Shown in pieces: positions 26,157 through 34,864 of a stretch of 36,057 nucleotides of DNA; within the stretch, counting starts at the first letter, position 1; every line of letters begins with the position of its first letter. The stretch lies in the IMG/VR virus record IMGVR_UViG_3300022930_000022, positions 1-36,057 of that record; one strand, given 5' to 3'. Source of the DNA: a virus (taxonomy: Duplodnaviria; Caudoviricetes). The notes below the pieces were generated by a model. That model did no database searches. It saw only the letters and a list, made by a program, of their open reading frames with translations, and was not told the origin of the DNA. The position numbers and the translations under genes were made by a program.

Positions 26157-26208
26157 TGTAACAATTTAGATAGGTATTAGCAAGTTAGGGGTATTGTGTT
26201 TAGATTTG
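26157..26208. promoter_or_regulatory. Degenerate switch module 4: TGTAACA-ATTT-AGATAGG, leftward TAACTTGC 26187-26180, 13 bp, rightward TAGATTTG 26201-26208
   Basis: Same order of elements with slightly shifted spacing. Confidence 0.55.
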
Positions 26209-26227
26209 AGAAACTTAAATAAAGATT

Positions 26228-27043
26228 ATGAAAAAACATGAGTTGCTGAAATATGCATACGACAATTATCCTAAAGGGACTGTTGCTAGGTTTGGAGGTA
26301 AATTGCCAGATCACGTAAGTACAGGTAAATTTGAAATTACTGATTTAAACCATAATGGAGAGATTCAAGTAATGTCTGATAATGGTTTAGAATGTTTTTA
26401 CGCAGATGGAGAATGGGCAGAAATCATTCCAGAAAAACAACCCTCAATCCTAGATGGTAAGGTAGCAATCTATTGTAAAAACTATAGAGAATATTTATTG
26501 ACAGCAAAACACCTAGACTCAATTGGTAAAAGATCGAATATTGTAAAAGAAGAATATTTTGAAAATAAACCAATATGGATAAGCGTAGAAAATCAACCTG
26601 TTTTTTGGAGTTCTATAGGAGAGATAAGGCCAGAAGATAACGGCTACAGTATCATCCCCTTCGCAGACTTCGCTAAAGAAGTAGGAATAACCGTTCCTGT
26701 ATTCATTCTGAAGTCAGAGGATGGAGTTGATTTGTATGAGGGAGATCAAGCGCATCATGTATTTCAGGGACATGGTAGTTTGGGTTATGGAGGCTTATAT
26801 AATATTAAACATTTTTTGCTTGTAGGTAAAGCATTCAGCACGAAAAAAGCAGCCGAATCGTGGATTGAGGAACAGAATAAGCCTAGAGAGATTGAGATAA
26901 TACATAATGATAATGAAACATCTCATGTCAGTAAAGATCAAATTAAAATTAGGTTTTCCGATAAAGGGTCTATAGATTATATTGGCTATTTGACTCCTAA
27001 AGCTATCGAACAAATTTGGGAAGCCTACCAATCGCTACAATAA
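26228..27043 (+). CDS. Mosaic hypothetical phage protein
   Basis: 271 aa ORF; SEDGVDLYEGD and AFSTKKAAESWI segments. Confidence 0.8.
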   Translation: MKKHELLKYAYDNYPKGTVARFGGKLPDHVSTGKFEITDLNHNGEIQVMSDNGLECFYADGEWAEIIPEKQPSILDGKVAIYCKNYREYLLTAKHLDSIGKRSNIVKEEYFENKPIWISVENQPVFWSSIGEIRPEDNGYSIIPFADFAKEVGITVPVFILKSEDGVDLYEGDQAHHVFQGHGSLGYGGLYNIKHFLLVGKAFSTKKAAESWIEEQNKPREIEIIHNDNETSHVSKDQIKIRFSDKGSIDYIGYLTPKAIEQIWEAYQSLQ

Positions 27044-27045
27044 AC

Positions 27046-27081
27046 AAAAAACCCTCGAAACTATCCAGCGACGAGGGTTTT
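27046..27081. terminator. Bidirectional intrinsic terminator
   Basis: AAAACCCTCG-N14-CGAGGGTTTT between convergent genes. Confidence 0.75.
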
Positions 27082-27102
27082 ACACTTAAACATTATAACA
27101 GA

Positions 27103-27258
27103 CTATGAATCTTTCTTTGTTATCTGATCGTAGATTTTCTCTAAATCAACCTTATCATACGGCCCAGCTTCTTTAACGAAATCCTCTTTCTTCTTCAGCG
27201 ACTTAACCCATTCCGAGTTAAAGTTCTTGGCGCTTAACTTAACTTCATGCTTTGCCAT
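27103..27258 (-). CDS. Small protein after the major tail gene (51 aa, MAKHEVKLSAKNFNSEW...)
   Basis: Read manually; ATG 2 nt after the major tail stop. Confidence 0.7.
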   Translation of the reverse strand: MAKHEVKLSAKNFNSEWVKSLKKKEDFVKEAGPYDKVDLEKIYDQITKKDS

Positions 27259-27260
27259 AA

Positions 27261-28196
27261 CTAAGCCACTTTAAGAGTTAACCCTTCGAACCCAACAACG
27301 CCAGCTGCTTCTAAAACAGATACAGGCTGCAATGTTACGAAAAATGGCCCACCAGCTACATAGTCGGGATCTGCTGTACTCATTGTAATCGTAAACCCTT
27401 TGATGTTAGGATCAGCAACAACAGAAGTAATCGTAATATCCTTACCAGCCTCAGTGATCTTCCATAGTGCGGCACTTGCAAGCTCGGTGTCGTACAGATC
27501 ATACATATTCGTTCCAGCACATCCAGTCGTAGCGAGCACTTTAAATACTCCAAGTGCCCTAGCGCCAGATTGAACCAAAACGACATTGTGCAATCCGTCG
27601 ATCTCCATGAGAGAAAGTAAATCCATTTGAACAAAACCTAAGTTACCGTTTAAGTATTCAGGTTTGAACGAGATACGATAAGCAAATCCAGTAACGTTTG
27701 TGCCATCGGCAAATTTGAACTTATCCGCGTTAAAGTAATCCAACGGAATGCCTTTAAGTGATGTGCCCGATTTAACCCCGAACAAAACACCTCCAGCGTC
27801 AACACCTAAATAACGATAGTTGCCTTGATTGAACTTCTGCAAAGCACCGTTAACGCAGTTACCTCCAGCCAAGTAAGCAAAGGTAAGATTGTAATTGCCC
27901 TGGCGAACTGGAACAGGCGTACCGTATCCTAATGTTTGCAATACCACATCCTCAGAACTATCGGTAATACCAACAACTTCCGGCAAAGGATAAACCCTCA
28001 ATGAAGCGTTATCTGATTTTGTAGCTGCGATCAAAGCGGCTAATGCCGTGTCAGGGTCAGCTAATTGAGCGGCTGTTATCTCAAATGACTTCGGAACCAA
28101 GAAGCCACGAACAATATTTTTTAGCGTTAATGAGCAATCATCGATTCCTGTATTGCCTCCGCTTGAAGCGCAGAACGCTTGGTTTAAAATACTCAT
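27261..28196 (-). CDS. Major tail (tube) protein
   Basis: 311 aa, beta-rich, after the neck genes and followed by a terminator. Confidence 0.75.
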   Translation of the reverse strand: MSILNQAFCASSGGNTGIDDCSLTLKNIVRGFLVPKSFEITAAQLADPDTALAALIAATKSDNASLRVYPLPEVVGITDSSEDVVLQTLGYGTPVPVRQGNYNLTFAYLAGGNCVNGALQKFNQGNYRYLGVDAGGVLFGVKSGTSLKGIPLDYFNADKFKFADGTNVTGFAYRISFKPEYLNGNLGFVQMDLLSLMEIDGLHNVVLVQSGARALGVFKVLATTGCAGTNMYDLYDTELASAALWKITEAGKDITITSVVADPNIKGFTITMSTADPDYVAGGPFFVTLQPVSVLEAAGVVGFEGLTLKVA

Positions 28197-28207
28197 ATCT
28201 TATTAAT

Positions 28208-28786
28208 TTAGACTACCACAACTTTCGGAGGGCAGTAGTTATCAACTATTTTAACTTTTAAATTTTCAATTTCAACACAATCAACCCAATCGTTGAATAT
28301 ATTACCTTCATTGCCAAATAAACCCTCTTTACCCCAATAGTACCGATTTGTTTTCCTATGCGGTATCTTATCGGTAAACCCAGTGAACACACCCGAATAC
28401 TTCATCTGCTTCATCAACTCCAAATAGATAGGAATCAATACAGGTTTAAAGTTGAAATCATCCCTTTCTTTTGCGACTTGATTAGGGCTCTTACAAGCTC
28501 TTATAATTGCTAAGTGAAGGTTATATTCAGCATAAACTCCTTTATCTCTTCCTACGTCCTCTGTAGTATCCAGAAACAAAGCAATCAACGGGTACTTATT
28601 ATAACGGCTTGTTTCACCTTGCGTAAACTGACCTAACGTGTTAACGATCTCTAGTGGATGCCCGTATTGGTAGTGTACGCCAGTAATCATTTCATCCGCT
28701 TGCTGTAATTGTGGCAACAGATTAGCAGAAACCTTATCGACTATAGGTTTAAGTACATCCTGAATGAATATAGGTTGCAAGTTCAT
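28208..28786 (-). CDS. Putative tail terminator / neck protein
   Basis: Directly before the major tail gene; KYPLIALF motif. Confidence 0.6.
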   Translation of the reverse strand: MNLQPIFIQDVLKPIVDKVSANLLPQLQQADEMITGVHYQYGHPLEIVNTLGQFTQGETSRYNKYPLIALFLDTTEDVGRDKGVYAEYNLHLAIIRACKSPNQVAKERDDFNFKPVLIPIYLELMKQMKYSGVFTGFTDKIPHRKTNRYYWGKEGLFGNEGNIFNDWVDCVEIENLKVKIVDNYCPPKVVVV

Positions 28787-28787
28787 G

Positions 28788-29555
28788 TTAGATGTTTAAG
28801 GAGTTGATGAAACGAAATATATCTTGATTCTGATGTTGACATATTCTAGTGTAGCTAAATATCCATTCAGGGTATATCTCTACATCCAACGTAAATCCCC
28901 TCGCCATTTCAACCATCTCATTCCACGCACTAACTTGTTTATCTACACTTGAAGCCTTAACTGAATTCTCCCCCTTTGAACTAACCTCTCCAATAGTGGC
29001 AGTAAACGTAACCTCGTTTCTGATATACCAATAGTAAATGTAATCTACTAACATCGGCTTCAAATCCGTATCGTTAAGAATATACAACCACTTTGGCAAA
29101 ATATCTCCAGGAACAGCTATCACTTCATCGCCAATCGGAGCATTACCCGAAACAAACGTAAACTTCAATGGAACCGTAGTACCATAAAAGCCACCTAATC
29201 CGTTTACTTTACCTGTTAAGATATTATATCCAGATCCGGTTATTTGCTCACCATTTACGTGAACAGATAGCAGACGCTTAAAGTTGAAATTCTCGGTATA
29301 AGCCTGAACCTCTCCATTTATATCTATATCTGCCCCAGTGAATGTAGGTGACACGGTAGTTAAACCTATCTCATCAAGATTTACTAAGGTAATTCCAGCA
29401 ATAAATTCATTAGCCAACGCAGACCCTAAAAGTTTCTTTAAGAACTTAGGCTCGTACTTATCAATAAAGGATTGCAAGTTTTCACGAGTACCTGAATTTT
29501 CAGTACCAGCTATATTTCTTTCACCCTTAAAGTCTGCGATGGTTATGATTGACAT
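28788..29555 (-). CDS. Head-tail adaptor-like protein with an inserted beta-rich segment
   Basis: Helical N- and C-terminal parts (IDKYEPKFLKKLLG; YIYYWYIR...AWNEM) flank a beta-rich middle; follows the capsid genes. Confidence 0.65.
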   Translation of the reverse strand: MSIITIADFKGERNIAGTENSGTRENLQSFIDKYEPKFLKKLLGSALANEFIAGITLVNLDEIGLTTVSPTFTGADIDINGEVQAYTENFNFKRLLSVHVNGEQITGSGYNILTGKVNGLGGFYGTTVPLKFTFVSGNAPIGDEVIAVPGDILPKWLYILNDTDLKPMLVDYIYYWYIRNEVTFTATIGEVSSKGENSVKASSVDKQVSAWNEMVEMARGFTLDVEIYPEWIFSYTRICQHQNQDIFRFINSLNI

Positions 29556-29562
29556 GATTGTA

Positions 29563-29754
29563 TTATTTTACGATTGTAGCGTAACCTCTTTTTTCCATAA
29601 ACCCAGCAGCAACAACCGATGCTTCAAATTCTTCACCTTCTTCGTGATAAGGTGCTGAATCAGTAGCTTTTAGTTTAACTCTTTTGGTAATATCAATTAC
29701 GCCTTCTTCTGGTTTGAAGTCCTCGACTCCTTCGCCACCTTTTTCTTTTGCCAT
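29563..29754 (-). CDS. Small head-associated hypothetical protein
   Basis: 63 aa ORF right after the capsid gene. Confidence 0.7.
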   Translation of the reverse strand: MAKEKGGEGVEDFKPEEGVIDITKRVKLKATDSAPYHEEGEEFEASVVAAGFMEKRGYATIVK

Positions 29755-29759
29755 ATAAA

Positions 29760-31028
29760 TTATGCTGCTGGTGTTAGTAATGTTTTAATGTTCGCAAATG
29801 TATCGTAAATAAATGCTCCAGCCCAATTTGCCGAACTGTATTGATGTAATCTCATTTCGCCGATAACGGTTACTAAGTTTTTAGAGAAATCATCATTTTC
29901 CCATCCCCAAGCAACAAAGAAATCTTGATAAATCAACACTTTGTATTTGCTCATATCTCCAATCAACAAATAGCCAACAGCGATGTTGTTATCCTCAATT
30001 ACTGGAACGCCAGCAATAACACGACCGTCAGCAGTAGTGAATGGAGGAAGCATATAAACGCCTGAATTATTAGCTTTAGCTAAATCCATGTTGGCTGCAT
30101 CAATTGGGTTAACGAATGCTACAATATCCCTATCAAAATTCAAGCTGATTAACTGAGCCTTAGCGGCACGTACAGCGTCTGAATTATTCGGATTTGGAGT
30201 TTTAACAGTAGTCAATGAGTAAGGGCTTGCAATAGTGGTAACCCCAGCAGGTGAAGTGGATGAAGCTACTCCAGTTAAAACAGCAGCATTAGCCGCCATC
30301 ATCACCTCATAACGTAGCTCATCAGTTATAAGCGTTTCCATGCCCTCTACATCATAAAGCAACTCAGTAGATGCTTTCATTCTTTCTGCTACTTTTTTAG
30401 CATTAGAAATCTCGGGGGTAAGCTCGAATGAAGCAAGTGGCTTTAAAACACCTTCACCAATAAAGGCAGCATTACCTTGCTTATTCGTTTTATTAACCCA
30501 AGGGAATGAGCTCAAAGACGTACGGCCTTTACGAAGCATTTCCCAGAATGTTGGTTTTTTACGAACCAAATCAATTACTTCTGCACCTTTGTCGATATAG
30601 TAAGGAACCGGGTTAATAGCACTTGCACCAACTGTCATTGTTATAGGCGCACGAACCTGTAAGGGCTTCAAGTCTGCTTTAGTTCCTTCTTTAATAGAAG
30701 CCAAGGCATCTTTGTTTTCTTCTTTCCAAGCACGGATTTGCTCACCAACCGATTTAGGCTGATTGTCTTTGCCTTTTTCTCCAAGGGCAGCAATAGCTTC
30801 ACCTTGAGCCTTTAGTATTGAACGGATGCCTTTGTCGTCGTCACCCAATAACGTTTTAAGTTTGTCTAAATCAACAGTGGCCTTACCATCTGTATCAAGT
30901 AACCCAATACTTCTTAATTGTTCGGCTGGATCTTTCCCTTCTGGTAGATCAACAAACCTTTTCTCTAAGTCCTCAACTAGCTTTAAGTTATCGCCAGTCA
31001 AGCCTTCTTTGTTGAAAGTAATCTTCAT
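29760..31028 (-). CDS. Major capsid protein (HK97 fold)
   Basis: N-terminal delta domain, AAFIGEGVLKP, DFSKNLVTVIGEMR and GAFIY motifs. Confidence 0.95.
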   Translation of the reverse strand: MKITFNKEGLTGDNLKLVEDLEKRFVDLPEGKDPAEQLRSIGLLDTDGKATVDLDKLKTLLGDDDKGIRSILKAQGEAIAALGEKGKDNQPKSVGEQIRAWKEENKDALASIKEGTKADLKPLQVRAPITMTVGASAINPVPYYIDKGAEVIDLVRKKPTFWEMLRKGRTSLSSFPWVNKTNKQGNAAFIGEGVLKPLASFELTPEISNAKKVAERMKASTELLYDVEGMETLITDELRYEVMMAANAAVLTGVASSTSPAGVTTIASPYSLTTVKTPNPNNSDAVRAAKAQLISLNFDRDIVAFVNPIDAANMDLAKANNSGVYMLPPFTTADGRVIAGVPVIEDNNIAVGYLLIGDMSKYKVLIYQDFFVAWGWENDDFSKNLVTVIGEMRLHQYSSANWAGAFIYDTFANIKTLLTPAA

Positions 31029-31029
31029 T

Positions 31030-31794
31030 TTAAAATTGTTTTAAATCTAATTTATAACCTCCAATTTCAGTAATTTGCTCATCCGGCTTGTGTTTGTCTT
31101 TGAGTGATTGTTGTCTTTGCTCAATCGGCTCTAACTTAGCAAGTGAAATATGCCTACTTATTAATTGTCTTAACTCTAATTGCCTGGATCTTGGAACAGA
31201 TTTAATATAATCTTCTGTTTCTTCATCAAGCATTTCTTTTTCTTGCTGAACGTTTTCAGACCTAATAGTGTAAGTTTCTGCGTTACTAGCTCTGGTTACA
31301 ACGCTACCTTCGTAAAGTTCTACCTCATTAAGTAAAACTGACTCTGTAGTCTCATCGTATACCATTTTATCCCAAACATAAGAAAAACCAACGGAATATT
31401 GATTAAGTGTGCCTGATTTAATTTGACGTAATGCTCTTTCTGCTTGAGGTATTTCATCGTACACAGCTTCAAAGTAAAGCCCGTAATCATCTTCCTGTAA
31501 AATAGTGAATTGCCCTATAGGCTCATCTGTTCTGTGTTGCCATAAATGAATAATCTTATTTTTAGCTTGGCTTTTTGGCCCTCTTTCTTGTATAGACTTG
31601 GCGCAACAGCCCCTAATGAATATCGTGCCGTATGTGTCTCGAACACCCCAAACAATAAGGTATCCTTTCACTGTTCTATCTTCGGTTTGAAGTTTTAAAT
31701 CTACTTCAACCAAATCTCCTGCTCCGTCAACATATGCCCTTGTAGAAATTAAAGGCGATGATGTTAGTTTAAGTTCTTTAATTTTCTGGTGCAT
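31030..31794 (-). CDS. HK97-family prohead protease
   Basis: LWQH...PIG, EDDYGLY, YSVGF and ELYEGSVV motifs. Confidence 0.93.
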   Translation of the reverse strand: MHQKIKELKLTSSPLISTRAYVDGAGDLVEVDLKLQTEDRTVKGYLIVWGVRDTYGTIFIRGCCAKSIQERGPKSQAKNKIIHLWQHRTDEPIGQFTILQEDDYGLYFEAVYDEIPQAERALRQIKSGTLNQYSVGFSYVWDKMVYDETTESVLLNEVELYEGSVVTRASNAETYTIRSENVQQEKEMLDEETEDYIKSVPRSRQLELRQLISRHISLAKLEPIEQRQQSLKDKHKPDEQITEIGGYKLDLKQF

Positions 31795-33121
31795 CTTCTG
31801 TTGTTTTTACTTGTTCTGTTTGTGGCTTGTAGTATTCATCAAACGTAGGATCTTGAATTGTATCACGACCTAATTCGATTAGCCACATGTTTTTAGTTAT
31901 CAAACCATTTGCATACTCAATGGATAAAGCATTGTTTAATGCCATACGTGCATCAGCTTTATCTTTAGCTTCCTCCTGTATAACATCAATATCAGTAAAA
32001 TCTACTTTCATTGAAATACCAGATTCAGGATCTATAATACCCTTGCTGTTTTGCTGTATGCGGCTTTCTGCTTCTGGAATTACAGTATCACGGTAAAAAG
32101 CTTTCTTAGCTTGCTTCTTGTTATCAAAAGTAACATCTTTGCCTCTTGCCATTAACTCGGGCGGGTAGCCGTAAGCGTCACATAAACGGTTTATATCATC
32201 TTCAATTTCTTCAAATAGCAATAGGTCTTTAGTAGCAAAACCCATTTGTTGCCATTTTAAAGCCGCGTCAGTAATAATAACTTGTTTAGGCTGACCTGTT
32301 AATCCATATTGCCTAAAGTCAGCTTGTACAGCGTCTTTTTCTCCGCTTGGCAACGGGATAAAACCAGCCTGATCTTTTTGATCGTTAGTGAGTATACCTA
32401 TTGCTCCGCGCTTTGTGATTAAAGTGTTTCTACTTTTGTATGCAGCATGAATATTTGATATAGGGTATTCTAGTCCTACCATCCTGCTATCTGGTATAGT
32501 TAGGTTTGTGTCGCATTCTGTCCCTATTCCATCATCAAACACGAAATAGATGTTATCCATATCCAAAGGCTGCGATTCACCTTCCCATGATATAGTTATT
32601 TTCTTGTATATTTCTTTAATGTCATTTTGCTTTAGCCATTTACCAGAGAAACTAAAATCATCAATCAAGTAAGGAGGTATATTCCATAAAGCCGAAACCT
32701 CAGAAGCCATCCCTATCGGGTGAACTTTTAGCACTGGGCAATAACCGAAAATATCAATGTAATGGTTTTGTTGAGAATAGAACTGAATGCCAGATTGTAA
32801 AGCATTAGGCTGTTCTTGAAGTTTCTTTAATTGATCTACATACGCCCCTTTAGCGTAATTGCCTGTAGATTTTTTGATATACTCTATTTTCCCGTTGTTG
32901 AATGCTTTTGCCCTTTTAGCTATAATGCTTTTTAACGGAGCGCAAACGTTAAAGGCGTATAGGTATTGTTTTTCATTATTCAGATTAAAAAAAACAGTAT
33001 CGCCAAATCCGTTTAATGGGATAAATGAGTTTGCATTATTATAAGCATTAATTCCTGCCACTGCATTTGCAGATTCAAGGTTGCCAATATTCCAATTTCC
33101 TAATTGCAGTCCAAACTTCAT
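31778..33121 (-). CDS. Portal protein
   Basis: 447 aa between terminase and protease; LCDAYGYPPELM...TFDN..QA pattern. Confidence 0.9.
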   Translation of the reverse strand: MKFGLQLGNWNIGNLESANAVAGINAYNNANSFIPLNGFGDTVFFNLNNEKQYLYAFNVCAPLKSIIAKRAKAFNNGKIEYIKKSTGNYAKGAYVDQLKKLQEQPNALQSGIQFYSQQNHYIDIFGYCPVLKVHPIGMASEVSALWNIPPYLIDDFSFSGKWLKQNDIKEIYKKITISWEGESQPLDMDNIYFVFDDGIGTECDTNLTIPDSRMVGLEYPISNIHAAYKSRNTLITKRGAIGILTNDQKDQAGFIPLPSGEKDAVQADFRQYGLTGQPKQVIITDAALKWQQMGFATKDLLLFEEIEDDINRLCDAYGYPPELMARGKDVTFDNKKQAKKAFYRDTVIPEAESRIQQNSKGIIDPESGISMKVDFTDIDVIQEEAKDKADARMALNNALSIEYANGLITKNMWLIELGRDTIQDPTFDEYYKPQTEQVKTTEDAPEN

Positions 33122-33125
33122 TTAT

Positions 33126-33147
33126 GTAAAGTAACAATATTTTTACT
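33126..33147. promoter_or_regulatory. Dyad AGTAACA-ATAT-TTTTACT overlapping a variant -7 box before the portal ATG
   Basis: One mismatch in the GTAACA-N4-TGTTAC core; lies in the 44 bp terL-portal gap. Confidence 0.55.
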
Positions 33148-33165
33148 AAGGTAAATAATATTTTA

Positions 33166-34332
33166 TTATATCCTATAAAATTTAGTGTACACACCGTAAC
33201 GAATGCTGTCCATTAAGTGATCAAAGCCAGATGCGGGGGTATTCGTTGGTTTACCTGTTGCTTTATCAATCTCCCACATATATTTTGATTTCTCCATGTG
33301 GATGTTTTTGCTTGATTCAGTATAGAACACGTTGTATTCATTCAGCTTCAATATGCCTGCTTTTATGCTACCTTGTCCTTTCCTTGCCATTAAGGCCATT
33401 ACTTCAAGCCTGCGTAATTGCGCTATCTGATCTGGATCATGCTCGCAGTAAATATGAGTGTCTCTATTAAACCCATTTACTTGGAATATCTGCTTCATCT
33501 GTATTGGAGCTATGCCAGCTTCATAGCAAAGTTCATGTACAAAAACATTGTTACCTACCACGGCTATTTTAGTTGCTGCCGTTGGATCGTTCGTGTATCC
33601 AAAGTCCAACCCTCCAAAGAAATCTGTATCTGGGAAATCCTTGTCAGGGATCATTTTCCATTTAGGGAATATCAACCCTTGCAAGTTTCCTGTTAGTCCC
33701 CTAGCATATACACGCCATAATTCAGGATCTTTAATGCTTTCAGTTTGTCTGTGTTCTTGCTCTGTTAAAAAAGGATTATGCCTATGATCTGAAATAATTA
33801 ACTCAACTGACTTCCCAAAATCATTAGATTCTGGCGTGGTGTCTATTAACTTTTCATGTGCAAAGAAAGGCGCAGACGGATTGTAGTCAATGAATACTTT
33901 ACGTCTTGTACGTTTAGCTAATTGCCAAAATATCGGGTAAGTTATGCCGTTAGCCTCATTTGCAAATAAGTACTGACGCTTACCGTTCTTTGCTGATTGC
34001 TCAGTTTCGCAACTGATAAACTCCATTATCCAACCTGATTTAAAATAGAATATACGATCTGATTTATTCCAAGATTTTATATAATTAATTAATCCTGGAG
34101 TTGAACCTACTATTCCTTCGGCTGCTCTGTAAGCTCCTTTTTTTAAGTTAGGGATACTTTCACCTACAACAGTAATAACCGGATCTATTGAAGGTGCTTT
34201 TTCTGTGATGGCGTACCAGAATAGCAACTGCATTATTGCATACGTTTTGCCACTGTCTGTGCCACCCTGATTGATTAAAATATCTGCTACTGACTCTTTG
34301 TTTGCGTGCCATACCTTAGATACGTTAAACAT
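33166..34332 (-). CDS. terL: Terminase large subunit (PBSX/SPP1-like)
   Basis: Walker A QGGTDSGKT, Walker B LFANEA, DYNP, GLDFGYTNDP and DHLMDSIRY. Confidence 0.95.
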   Translation of the reverse strand: MFNVSKVWHANKESVADILINQGGTDSGKTYAIMQLLFWYAITEKAPSIDPVITVVGESIPNLKKGAYRAAEGIVGSTPGLINYIKSWNKSDRIFYFKSGWIMEFISCETEQSAKNGKRQYLFANEANGITYPIFWQLAKRTRRKVFIDYNPSAPFFAHEKLIDTTPESNDFGKSVELIISDHRHNPFLTEQEHRQTESIKDPELWRVYARGLTGNLQGLIFPKWKMIPDKDFPDTDFFGGLDFGYTNDPTAATKIAVVGNNVFVHELCYEAGIAPIQMKQIFQVNGFNRDTHIYCEHDPDQIAQLRRLEVMALMARKGQGSIKAGILKLNEYNVFYTESSKNIHMEKSKYMWEIDKATGKPTNTPASGFDHLMDSIRYGVYTKFYRI

Positions 34333-34334
34333 AC

Positions 34335-34829
34335 TTATTTAGCGTCAATTTCTGATTCAGATGAATTTAGTGGGGGAGCGGTGTTGTAAACGTTAACTAT
34401 TGGAATTTGGGTTTCTGGAATTTTTTGGCTATTGTCTTTTTCGAATACTCCAATAATTTTACCTAAATGCGCTGTCGCTGTGTTAGCCCCGGATGAATCG
34501 AATTCATAAACAGGATCGCCATTATCGTCAAATACAGCTACGAAAGATTTACTCTGCGAATCCCATTGCATAACTGGTTTAGCTTTTACGCATGCATCAG
34601 AAATATGCTTGAACCTCTCAACTATCCATTCTCTCGTTATAGCTGATTTTTCAGATGCTTCTGCTCTTAACCCGCTTAAGTATTCCTCTACCTCTGGTTC
34701 TTGAAGTAAATTGTAAGCAATCTGTTTCGCTGTTTTCTCTGAATAACCTGCATATATAGCTGATTCTGAACCTTTTAGCGATTCAAAATACTTATCTGCA
34801 AATCTTTTCTTCTGTTCGTTTAGTGCCAT
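34335..34829 (-). CDS. terS: Terminase small subunit
   Basis: LNEQKKRFADKY and SAIYAGYSEKTAKQIAYNLL HTH; directly upstream of terL. Confidence 0.92.
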   Translation of the reverse strand: MALNEQKKRFADKYFESLKGSESAIYAGYSEKTAKQIAYNLLQEPEVEEYLSGLRAEASEKSAITREWIVERFKHISDACVKAKPVMQWDSQSKSFVAVFDDNGDPVYEFDSSGANTATAHLGKIIGVFEKDNSQKIPETQIPIVNVYNTAPPLNSSESEIDAK

Positions 34830-34851
34830 AAAAAGTAAACCACGGTAAACC

Positions 34852-34859
34852 CAAATATA
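34852..34859 (-). promoter_or_regulatory. -7 box TATATTTG for the packaging/head operon
   Basis: Exact consensus 22 nt before the terS ATG. Confidence 0.6.
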
Positions 34860-34864
34860 CTAAT

